Shown: in pieces, positions 19,259-27,834 of the stretch | Layout: each line of letters begins with the position of its first letter | Position numbering within the stretch: position 1 is the first letter of the stretch | NCBI GenBank assembly: GCA_002297965.1 | Contig: DBLF01000123.1 | Location: forward strand, 16,287 to 80,286 | DNA: 64,000 nucleotides | From: Candidatus Segatella papionis | GTDB taxonomy: Bacteria > Bacteroidota > Bacteroidia > Bacteroidales > Bacteroidaceae | Direction of reading: 5' to 3' | Program-made: the position numbers and the translations under genes | Notes under the pieces: generated by a model | Told to the model about the DNA's origin: nothing | Database searches by the model: none | Seen by the model: the letters and a program-made list of their open reading frames with translations, nothing else

Positions 19259-19414
19259 ATGGAGAAAATGAATTTGTTTGAGATGCAGGCTATTGCTGGT
19301 GGCATCTCACGTGCAGAGTATTGCGCTCAGCTCAAGAAGATGATGCGCGAGTGTGAAATGGATGATAAGAACTTTGATAATGCCGTTGAGGCTTATCATA
19401 GAAATTGCATGTAA
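19259..19414 (+). CDS. 51-aa double-glycine precursor P3: MEKMNLFEMQAIAGG|ISRAEYCAQLKKMMRECEMDDKNFDNAVEAYHRNCM (not in ORF track)
   Basis: Translated by hand; first 52 nt identical to P2. Confidence 0.9.
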   Translation: MEKMNLFEMQAIAGGISRAEYCAQLKKMMRECEMDDKNFDNAVEAYHRNCM

Positions 19415-19422
19415 TGTCAAAT

Positions 19423-19460
19423 GTTGCAGCCTGTGCTTTATTGGAAGTGTAGGCTGCAAC
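19423..19460 (+). promoter_or_regulatory. Stem-loop downstream of P3
   Basis: gttgcagcct...aggctgcaac 10-bp perfect outer stem, extendable with G-U pairs. Confidence 0.7.
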
Positions 19461-19475
19461 CTGTATTGAGAAATC

Positions 19476-20318
19476 ATGAAAAGAAAGTGTTTCGCATTTC
19501 TATTTTTGACTTTCGGGCTTGTTGGTTTTGCACAAAATAAGAAGATAGATGCTGCTAATTTGTTGTGTAGCTATGCATATGAATATCTCACGGATACGCT
19601 GCCTGGAGAACAACAGCGTAAGGAAGACTTGCTTTATCTGCAAATCGGAGCTGAATGCTCTAAATGTTATAGTTATTATACTTATCAGTGTGACTCTTTG
19701 ATGGCTGCTCCTAATGGTGATAAACAATGGGATAGCTTTTTGACAGAAGCTATTGGGAAAGGATTGAAAGGAAAGCAATTGCACAATGCCATACCACACC
19801 GCAGAATGACTGCAACCATCTACAAGAATTATCCGCAGGGAAAGGTAACTGTTACCGATTTTTTGTTAGGGCAATATTATCTTTATGATGATTCTTTAAA
19901 CTCACAGGAGTGGAATATAGAAAGTGATAGCATGAAGATTGTTCTTGGTTATGAATGTCAAAAGGCAGCTTGCTACTTCCGAGGAAGGCAATGGACTGCT
20001 TGGTTTGCCTTGGATATTCCTACAAGTGATGGCCCATGGAAATTTTGTGGTCTCCCTGGGTTAATCATGGAAGTATATGATTTGGGAAAGCAATACTATT
20101 TTTGTATCAATGGAATGCAACAAGTTAGGGCGACACCAATTACTTTTGGCGTACTTGACAAGAAATTTAAACATTTCCAGCATACAAGTAGGAAAGTTTT
20201 CTTATTGTCTAAAAACAAGTATTTGAAAAATCAAAATAGTATAGATGAGGCTTCTACAGGAATATCTTTGGGTATCGCAGATGAAGCCTTGAAGTATGAC
20301 TTAATAGAAAGAGAATAA
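19476..20318 (+). CDS. GLPGLI family protein 3
   Basis: Signal peptide; VLGYECQKA...GPWKFCGLPGLIME; ends YDLIERE like GLPGLI-1. Confidence 0.92.
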   Translation: MKRKCFAFLFLTFGLVGFAQNKKIDAANLLCSYAYEYLTDTLPGEQQRKEDLLYLQIGAECSKCYSYYTYQCDSLMAAPNGDKQWDSFLTEAIGKGLKGKQLHNAIPHRRMTATIYKNYPQGKVTVTDFLLGQYYLYDDSLNSQEWNIESDSMKIVLGYECQKAACYFRGRQWTAWFALDIPTSDGPWKFCGLPGLIMEVYDLGKQYYFCINGMQQVRATPITFGVLDKKFKHFQHTSRKVFLLSKNKYLKNQNSIDEASTGISLGIADEALKYDLIERE

Positions 20319-20328
20319 GTATAGTATA

Positions 20329-21918
20329 ATGAGAAAAACGGATTTAACCTATTTGGTGGAAATACTTTCTAAACATCTGAATGCAGCTTCTGTACATTTT
20401 AGTGTGGAGGAGTTGCAATTATGTTTGTTGTCTTGTCCAACGAATATTTCAGCACTGTCGATAGTTCAGGCTTATACTTGTTTGGGGGCTAAGGCTACTG
20501 TGTTTAGAGCTGATAATGATTCTACTTTAAAATGGGGTAAGCCATTCTTGGGACAATTGAACCGAGATGGTAAAGAATCGTTTGTCTTTGTGAAAGAAAT
20601 AACAGAGACTTATGCCGTTTATTATGAGGGAAGGCTTAAAAGAGTAGTTTCTGCAAGTGATTTTAAGCAAGAATGGACCGGGATTGTTATCGCTTTAGAG
20701 AGTATCAAAGGAAAAAAGCAAGAGACAAAGTGTTTCAAGGCTTTTCTATATTTTTCTCTATTACTTAGTATAGTAGTTTTGGTTTTAATCAATCTGCATT
20801 TGCCAGCGTTGGCAAGTGTCAATTGTGTATTAGATTTGATGGGAGGCATTCTTTGTTTAGGGGTAATGCTACAATCCTCTTCGCCTTATTATAATATTTT
20901 TGAACATTTTTGTATAGCCAATTCAAGGTTTGACTGTCAGAAGTTGGACTTAGAACGCTGGGGTGTGCTATTTCGTAAGGTTAATTTGGGACGAATGGGG
21001 TTTGTTTATTTCATTTCTTGTACTTTGGCTACAGTGCTGGCTGTTAGTAGTCCTAATCCTTCAGTAATCTATGATTGGTTGTCTATGACCTCGATAGTAC
21101 TGTTGCTGTTAGCTATCGTGTCTATATTTTATCAACTGTTTGCTAGACGGTTTTGTCTCTTATGCTTGGCGATAATGGGTGTTATTGTTGTAAATGGAGC
21201 ATTGGCATTTCCTGTTAGTGGTATTCCTTCATATGTCCCGTTAGATGAAGGATTGTTTTTTCTGATGGTTGTCTTGGTTAGTAGTGGTCTCCTTTATATG
21301 TGCGAATATTATGCTAATATTAAGCAACAAACTTTCTCTACAAGAATAAACGAATTGCGAATAAAACGAATGCAGAGTGTTTTAGGACATTTTTTTATGA
21401 CAAAATCGATGCTTCCGTCAAATGAATACTCAATAACGCTTGGCAACTCCAAAGCACCGTTGACTATTACAACTTATTTGAGTCCATGGTGTAAGACCTG
21501 TATGAAGGTAGCCTTTGAAATGATAGAGTTGCTTTATAAATATCCTGATTATATTAATTGGCAAATCTACTTTGATGGGGTGAAAGCCACATCTGTTAAT
21601 GAAGTAAATTTGCCTCAGCTCTATCTGTATCGGTATTTGGCTAGTGGTGAAGATACGAATAGAAAACTTGCAGTTTTAAAATATTGGTATAAGAAGAAAT
21701 CAATAAAAGGCTTACAGGCAAAGATTGAAGTGTCGTCAACGGATATAGAGGCAATTTTGGAAATATTTAACAAGCAATTAGAAGCTATGGCAAATGAAAA
21801 GCAGGTACCTATGGTCTGGATAAACAATAGAAGTTTTCCTTCTTGTTATTCTCTAACAGATTTGCCTTATGTGTTACTAGATTTATGTATGATTTATTCC
21901 CTAGAAGAAAAAGTATGA
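20329..21918 (+). CDS. Fusion of a degenerate C39-like domain, a VKOR-like membrane domain and a thioredoxin/DsbA-like domain
   Basis: N-terminal C39-like FKQEWTG with no QxxxxCG catalytic motif; CIANSRFDC and FCLLC in the TM region; SPWCKTC and VPMVWIN. Confidence 0.78.
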   Translation: MRKTDLTYLVEILSKHLNAASVHFSVEELQLCLLSCPTNISALSIVQAYTCLGAKATVFRADNDSTLKWGKPFLGQLNRDGKESFVFVKEITETYAVYYEGRLKRVVSASDFKQEWTGIVIALESIKGKKQETKCFKAFLYFSLLLSIVVLVLINLHLPALASVNCVLDLMGGILCLGVMLQSSSPYYNIFEHFCIANSRFDCQKLDLERWGVLFRKVNLGRMGFVYFISCTLATVLAVSSPNPSVIYDWLSMTSIVLLLLAIVSIFYQLFARRFCLLCLAIMGVIVVNGALAFPVSGIPSYVPLDEGLFFLMVVLVSSGLLYMCEYYANIKQQTFSTRINELRIKRMQSVLGHFFMTKSMLPSNEYSITLGNSKAPLTITTYLSPWCKTCMKVAFEMIELLYKYPDYINWQIYFDGVKATSVNEVNLPQLYLYRYLASGEDTNRKLAVLKYWYKKKSIKGLQAKIEVSSTDIEAILEIFNKQLEAMANEKQVPMVWINNRSFPSCYSLTDLPYVLLDLCMIYSLEEKV

Positions 21919-24644
21919 GACAGTTGATAGTATTAATATGTTTGATTTTTGCAAATACCTTAACTTATGCCCAGCAGGTTACCTTGTCGGGTAAGGTCGA
22001 GGATGCCTATACAGGAAAGGGATTGCAGGGAGTGATGGTAACTATCCGACCAAAGGGGGGCAATAGAATTTTGAAATTTTCCAAGACGCAAGAAGATGGA
22101 AGTTATAAGATAAATCTTAACGCTATGCCTGAAGGGAACAACGTGCTGCATTTCTCCATGATGGGATATGCCACGAAAGTTATCCCTTTGTCAAAGGATA
22201 CTGCCCAATATGATGTACTCTTGACCGAGCAGGCTACAAAACTGAAAGATGTCGTGGTGAAAGCTCCAAGCATTCGACAAAGAGGTGATACCATCACTTA
22301 TAACGTGGCTAGTTTTGCAGATGCCAACGACAAGAGCCTTGCCGATGTGCTAAAGAAAATGCCTGGTATGGAAGTATCAGACAATGGCGAAATTAAGTAC
22401 AATGGTAAGGCTATCAATAAGTTTTATATCGAAGGCCATGATATGCTTGGTGGACGCTATTCTATTGCCACCAATAATATCCATCAGAATGATGTAGGCT
22501 CTGTGGAGGTGATGACCAACCATCAGCCTATCAAGGCTTTGGAAGATATGTCGTTCTCGCAAGACCCTGCCATCAACATCAAGCTGAAGGAATCAGCGAA
22601 AAGTCGTTTGGTAGGAACACTAAAAGTTGGTGGTGGTTTTGAACAAAAGGATGGAGGTACAGGATTGAATGTTTGTGAGGGCGAAATGGCTTTGATGCGA
22701 TTTACCAAGAAAACACAATCGCTCAATACCTTCAAAAGTAACAATGTAGGTACGGATGTGACACGTGAGGGCAACCTCTTGTTCTCTGATGATGGCAGTG
22801 GTGTCTTATCAAACAATTATCAGTTGAAGGATTACATAGATGTAACGCCCGATAGACTGACAGACATTTCTGATTCTCGTGTTCGCAAGAACCAAACACA
22901 TGTGTTGACTACAAACAACCTCTGGGCACTCGGCAAGAACACGGATCTCTCTTCGCAAATCGTCTATACCCACGATCGTTTGTTCTCCTCCTCACGGAGC
23001 AATACACAATATTTTCTCAACGACTCGACCATTGTGAACGAGGAAGATGAACAAGCCAAGCAGAAGCAAAACAAATTGGTGGCAGACATTACCTTGACAT
23101 CGAACAGTGAGAAGTCGTATCTTACCAACCGCCTCTCCACCGACTTGGCTTGGAATGACATTTCCCTCAATATGGCTGGCTCTTATCCAAATCTGCAAAT
23201 GGCAAAACTGCCTAGCTATAAGGTATCGGATAAGTTTGAGTTGTTGCAGCGAAGTGGCAAGCGAGCCTATACTTTCAGTAGTTACAATGCCTATATGATA
23301 ACCCCGCATTCCTTGGAGGTGGAGCGAAAGAACGAAGCCTTGGCAAGCGATGGCTTGTCGCAAAGAGATAACTCGCAATATCAGTCGGTTCGTTCTGCAG
23401 CTTTCTTCAGTCATACTAATACCTCGCTTGGCTTTTACCTCAAACCTTTTACTGTGAGTATGAAAATGGGGCTGATGGTATTGAGCCGTACTATGAAGAG
23501 TCATTTGGACGGTATGGAGAGTCTTTTAGGAATTGGGCAAAGTGAAGAGCAAGATAATCAACGAACAGAATATTCAAATACTCTGCGAAATGATGAGCGT
23601 ATGACTTACGTGAGAGCCTATGCTTCGCCAGAGGCTGAGTATAACCAACATGGTTGGCATATCCGATTCCAAATGCCTGTGGCTTATACACCTTATTATT
23701 ATAAGAGCTATTTGGAGGCAGATTCTCACAACGCTTACAAGGCGCAGGTATCTCCTCGTTTGAGTATCAATTATTATCTCACTTCTCGCTTGCAGCTCAC
23801 CTTGTCGGGAGGCATCTCACAGCGAGAGATAAACGAGCAGAATTTTTACCAAGGGCTGATACTCCACGATTATCGCAATCTTTATCGTGGCTTGGTGGAT
23901 TATACCGCTGATAGAAACAAGAATGTATCGTTGTCCTTGGACTACAAGCGTCCTCTAGCTACCTTCTTCGCCAATGCTTATCTAACTAAGAGTTGGATGA
24001 ATAGCCATCTTACAACCGCCCGTGATTTTGTGGACGAATACATCATCAACTCTTATGTACTAGAAAAGAGCAAGACAAATAACTTGATGGCTGGTGGAAG
24101 AATGAGCAAGGGTTTGGGATTCATGCATGGTATGGTGAGCGTAGCTTTCGACTATATGAAGTTTGAGGGAAATATGAAGCAGAGTTCCGTAGGGGAAAAT
24201 TATTCCTCCGACCGATACATTTCCGACCACTATACTTTGACTGCGAAATGGAATGGGCGACCAGTGGATTGGTTGAACTTCACTTATGAGTTCAACTGGG
24301 GTAAGGACGGTATGACTTTGAAGACTATCGACTTCAAGTCCTCCTCCACATCCCTAGCCCAGAATCTCACCTGCAACCTCCATCTTCTCAAACCATGGTT
24401 CATCAAATTGCAAGGCGAGCATTATTGCAACCAAGTATCAGAGAATCAGCACAAGAACCTGTTCCTTGCCGATGCTTCAACAAGTTATAGTCTAAAGGGA
24501 GGAGTAGAGTTGAGTCTTACAGCTCTCAACCTCTTCAATCAGCATACCTATGGCTACACTGTTTATTCGGGTTTGACTCGCATGAGCAAACAATACCAGT
24601 TGCGAGGCAGAACGATATTAATGTCAATATTCTTTCATTTTTAG
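21915..24644 (+). CDS. Outer-membrane beta-barrel (TonB-dependent-receptor-like) with N-terminal carboxypeptidase-regulatory-like domain
   Basis: ATGA overlap with the upstream stop; signal peptide; GDTITYNV...DVLKKMPG plug-like region; C-terminal Phe. Confidence 0.85.
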   Translation: MRQLIVLICLIFANTLTYAQQVTLSGKVEDAYTGKGLQGVMVTIRPKGGNRILKFSKTQEDGSYKINLNAMPEGNNVLHFSMMGYATKVIPLSKDTAQYDVLLTEQATKLKDVVVKAPSIRQRGDTITYNVASFADANDKSLADVLKKMPGMEVSDNGEIKYNGKAINKFYIEGHDMLGGRYSIATNNIHQNDVGSVEVMTNHQPIKALEDMSFSQDPAINIKLKESAKSRLVGTLKVGGGFEQKDGGTGLNVCEGEMALMRFTKKTQSLNTFKSNNVGTDVTREGNLLFSDDGSGVLSNNYQLKDYIDVTPDRLTDISDSRVRKNQTHVLTTNNLWALGKNTDLSSQIVYTHDRLFSSSRSNTQYFLNDSTIVNEEDEQAKQKQNKLVADITLTSNSEKSYLTNRLSTDLAWNDISLNMAGSYPNLQMAKLPSYKVSDKFELLQRSGKRAYTFSSYNAYMITPHSLEVERKNEALASDGLSQRDNSQYQSVRSAAFFSHTNTSLGFYLKPFTVSMKMGLMVLSRTMKSHLDGMESLLGIGQSEEQDNQRTEYSNTLRNDERMTYVRAYASPEAEYNQHGWHIRFQMPVAYTPYYYKSYLEADSHNAYKAQVSPRLSINYYLTSRLQLTLSGGISQREINEQNFYQGLILHDYRNLYRGLVDYTADRNKNVSLSLDYKRPLATFFANAYLTKSWMNSHLTTARDFVDEYIINSYVLEKSKTNNLMAGGRMSKGLGFMHGMVSVAFDYMKFEGNMKQSSVGENYSSDRYISDHYTLTAKWNGRPVDWLNFTYEFNWGKDGMTLKTIDFKSSSTSLAQNLTCNLHLLKPWFIKLQGEHYCNQVSENQHKNLFLADASTSYSLKGGVELSLTALNLFNQHTYGYTVYSGLTRMSKQYQLRGRTILMSIFFHF

Positions 24645-24646
24645 TA

Positions 24647-26848
24647 ATGGCACATATAAAGATTGAACATCAGCACGACAGCATGCAATGTGGCATCACA
24701 TGCTTGCAAATGATATGTAGATATTTCGGCAGGGAGTACTCATTGGACTCTCTGTCGAAGATTTGTTTTGCTACGACCGAGGGGGTCTCCATGTTGGGCA
24801 TCAACGAGGCGGCAAAAATATTGGGATTCCAAACGGTTTCGGTGCGAGCTACGATAGAGGAACTAAGCGAGACTCCGCTTCCTTGCATCCTTCATTGGAA
24901 CCAAAATCACTTCGTAGTATTATATAAGGTGAAGAAGGGTAAGAAGTTCTATATCGCTGACCCTGGTAAGGGAAAGACAACTTATAATTTGGAAGAGTTC
25001 AAGCAGCATTGGATAAGCACTCACTCTAATGGTGAGGACAAGGGCATCGCCATGTTCTTCGAGACCACTCCAGCTTTCTTTACCTATCAGATGGAAGGGG
25101 AGGTTAGGCGGAAGGAACAACGGTCCTTCAAGTTTCTTTTCGGATATTTCAAGAAATATCGCAAATCTTTCTCTTGGATAGTTCTAGGATTGCTAGTGGG
25201 AAGTGCCTTGCAACTTGTGTTGCCTTTCCTAACCCAATCTATCGTGGATGTTGGTATCAAGAACCAAGACATCGGATTCATCTGGCTCGTTCTCTTGGGA
25301 CAGTTGATGCTCACCATCAGTCGAACAGCGATAGACTTCGCCCGTCGATGGTGCTTGCTCCGTATTTCCATGCGCATCAACATCTCCTTGGTGAGCGATT
25401 TCTTCATCAAGCTCTTGAAACTCCCGATGTCGTTCTTCGACACAAAGTTGATGGGCGACTTGATGCAGCGTATGAATGACCATAGCCGTGTGAATAACTT
25501 CCTAACTCAGCAGACGCTCAACATCACTTTCGCCATGCTCACCTTTGTGGTGTTCTCGGTGGTGCTTTTTATATATAATAAGGTGGTGTTTACCATCTTC
25601 TTGTTGGGTAGTGTTTTATATGGTGGCTGGATGGCACTCTTCCTGAGTCGAAGAAAGGTGCTCGACTATGAACTCTTCGAACAGCAAGCCATCAACAACA
25701 ACAGAACATACGAGTTTATCACCTCCATGCAAGAAATCAAGTTGCAGGATTGCGAACAACGTAAGCGCAAGGAGTGGGAGGAGACTCAGGTCAACCTTTT
25801 CAAGGTGCAGCAGAAATCCCTCAAACTCCAGCAGACACAGGAGGCAGGAAGCATCTTTATCAACGAGGTGAAGAACATCGTGGTGACGGTGGTGGCAGCT
25901 ACAGCTGTTATCCATGGTCAGATGACCTTGGGTATGATGCTCGCCGTGCAATATATCATCGGACAGCTCAACTCGCCAGTGGAGCAACTCATGAACTTCT
26001 TCTATTCCGTGCAGGACGTGAAGATTAGTTTGGAGCGAATCAATGAGATTCACCAGATGGATGATGAGAATGGCAAAGATGGATTGAAGACGAACATTGA
26101 CCATCCCGAGGATGGCATCCATATCGACCACATCATGTTCAAGTACGATCCTCATGCTCTCCGAAAAACGATAGACGGGGTGGATATTCATATCCCGCAA
26201 GGCAAGGTGACGGCAATAGTGGGAGCATCGGGTAGTGGGAAAACCACGCTCATCCGATTGATGCTCGGTTACTATTCGGTATTGGAAGGCAAAATCACGA
26301 TTGGCGAAACCGACATCAACCAGCTCAACAAGAAATGGTGGCGCCGACAATGCGGCGTAGTGATGCAAGAGGGTGTCATCTTCTCTGAGAGCATCGAGCG
26401 CAACATTGCCGTGGATGATGCGGAAGTTAACCAAGAGCGATTGATGAAAGCAGCCGAGATTGCTTGCATCAAGGATTACGTGATGGCATTGCCGCTGAAG
26501 TTCAATACAAAGATTGGTCGTGATGGAGTGGGATTGAGCCAAGGACAGAAACAACGCATCCTGATAGCGAGGGCGGTGTATAAGAATCCCGATTACATCT
26601 TCCTCGATGAGGCTACGAACTCGCTGGATGCCAATAATGAGCGAAATATAGTGGAGAATTTGGACAAATTCTACCAAGGCAAGACAGTGGTGATAGTGGC
26701 TCATCGCCTGAGTACGGTGAAGAATGCCGACCAAATCATCGTGCTGGATCATGGCAAGGTGGTGGAAGTAGGCAACCACGAATCGCTCACGGCGAAACAT
26801 GGTGCTTACTATGGTTTGGTGAAAAACCAGTTGGAACTGGGAAATTAA
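24647..26848 (+). CDS. Peptidase-containing ABC transporter (C39 PCAT; double-glycine leader processing and export)
   Basis: QHDSMQCG catalytic Cys, HWNQNHFVV, IADP; TM domain; GASGSGKT, LSQGQKQR, LDEAT. Confidence 0.95.
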   Translation: MAHIKIEHQHDSMQCGITCLQMICRYFGREYSLDSLSKICFATTEGVSMLGINEAAKILGFQTVSVRATIEELSETPLPCILHWNQNHFVVLYKVKKGKKFYIADPGKGKTTYNLEEFKQHWISTHSNGEDKGIAMFFETTPAFFTYQMEGEVRRKEQRSFKFLFGYFKKYRKSFSWIVLGLLVGSALQLVLPFLTQSIVDVGIKNQDIGFIWLVLLGQLMLTISRTAIDFARRWCLLRISMRINISLVSDFFIKLLKLPMSFFDTKLMGDLMQRMNDHSRVNNFLTQQTLNITFAMLTFVVFSVVLFIYNKVVFTIFLLGSVLYGGWMALFLSRRKVLDYELFEQQAINNNRTYEFITSMQEIKLQDCEQRKRKEWEETQVNLFKVQQKSLKLQQTQEAGSIFINEVKNIVVTVVAATAVIHGQMTLGMMLAVQYIIGQLNSPVEQLMNFFYSVQDVKISLERINEIHQMDDENGKDGLKTNIDHPEDGIHIDHIMFKYDPHALRKTIDGVDIHIPQGKVTAIVGASGSGKTTLIRLMLGYYSVLEGKITIGETDINQLNKKWWRRQCGVVMQEGVIFSESIERNIAVDDAEVNQERLMKAAEIACIKDYVMALPLKFNTKIGRDGVGLSQGQKQRILIARAVYKNPDYIFLDEATNSLDANNERNIVENLDKFYQGKTVVIVAHRLSTVKNADQIIVLDHGKVVEVGNHESLTAKHGAYYGLVKNQLELGN

Positions 26849-26996
26849 GACAGATGAAGAATATAAGAAAGGATATAAGGTGCGTATGGCTTGGCATTAC
26901 CTTTTTGGTTAAATATCAAAAATTATAAATGTATTTATAATAAGAGTATTTATAATTTTTGTACCTTTGTAGCCAAAACGAAAATAAGAATAATCA

Positions 26997-27767
26997 ATGA
27001 GCAAAGGAAAATTAGCTAAGTTTGCGGATATGGAGCGTTTCGAGAACGTGTTCCAGTATCCTTATAGTGTGGTAGATGACGTGCCTTTCGACATGAAGGG
27101 CAAGTGGCGTGAGATGTATTTCCACAACGACAATCCTATCGTCTTGGAGTTGGGTTGTGGCAAGGGTGAATATACCGTGGAACTTGCCAAACTTTATCCT
27201 GAGATGAACTTCATCGGCGTGGATATCAAGGGTGCTCGTATGTGGACGGGTGCCAAGAAGGCGATAGAGGAAGGACAGAAAAATGTGGCTTTCCTCCGTA
27301 CCAACATCGAGATTATCGACCGTTTCTTCGCCGAGGACGAGGTGCAGGAGATATGGCTCACTTTCTCCGACCCTCAGATGAAGAACCCTCGCAAGCGTCT
27401 TACCTCTACTTACTTTATGAATCGTTATCGCCACTTCCTCGTGGATGGCGGTATCATCCACTTGAAGACGGACTCTAATTTCCTCTTCACTTACACCACT
27501 TATATGGTGGATGGCAATCATCTACCTGTGCTCTTCCGCACCGAAGACCTTTACCATCAGGAGGGTATCGATGAGGAAACCCGCAAGATTCTCTCTATCC
27601 AGACCTACTATGAGAGTATGTGGATAGAGCGTGGCTTGAACATCAAGTACCAGAAGTTCGCCTTGCCTCGTGAGGGAGAGTTGGTGGAACCTGATGTGGA
27701 GATTCCTCTGGACGATTATCGCAGTTATCGAAGAGACAAGAGGAGCTCTAAAGAAACGGCGAAGTAA
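26997..27767 (+). CDS. trmB: tRNA (guanine-N7)-methyltransferase
   Basis: [19 protein letters not shown]. Confidence 0.92.
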   Translation: MSKGKLAKFADMERFENVFQYPYSVVDDVPFDMKGKWREMYFHNDNPIVLELGCGKGEYTVELAKLYPEMNFIGVDIKGARMWTGAKKAIEEGQKNVAFLRTNIEIIDRFFAEDEVQEIWLTFSDPQMKNPRKRLTSTYFMNRYRHFLVDGGIIHLKTDSNFLFTYTTYMVDGNHLPVLFRTEDLYHQEGIDEETRKILSIQTYYESMWIERGLNIKYQKFALPREGELVEPDVEIPLDDYRSYRRDKRSSKETAK

Positions 27768-27769
27768 AT

Positions 27770-27808
27770 AAATAACGTCATTACCGCTTTTGGATAATGA
27801 CGTTATTT
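27770..27808. terminator. Bidirectional terminator-like hairpin
   Basis: aaataacgtcatta...taatgacgttattt between convergent genes. Confidence 0.7.
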
Positions 27809-27834
27809 CCTTTAGTATGTTATAGGATAGTATG

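Noticed and set aside
17122..19414. Lanthipeptide, sactipeptide or ranthipeptide interpretation of the Cys-containing cores
   Set aside because: No LanB/C/M or radical SAM gene nearby; the redox fusion points to disulfides instead
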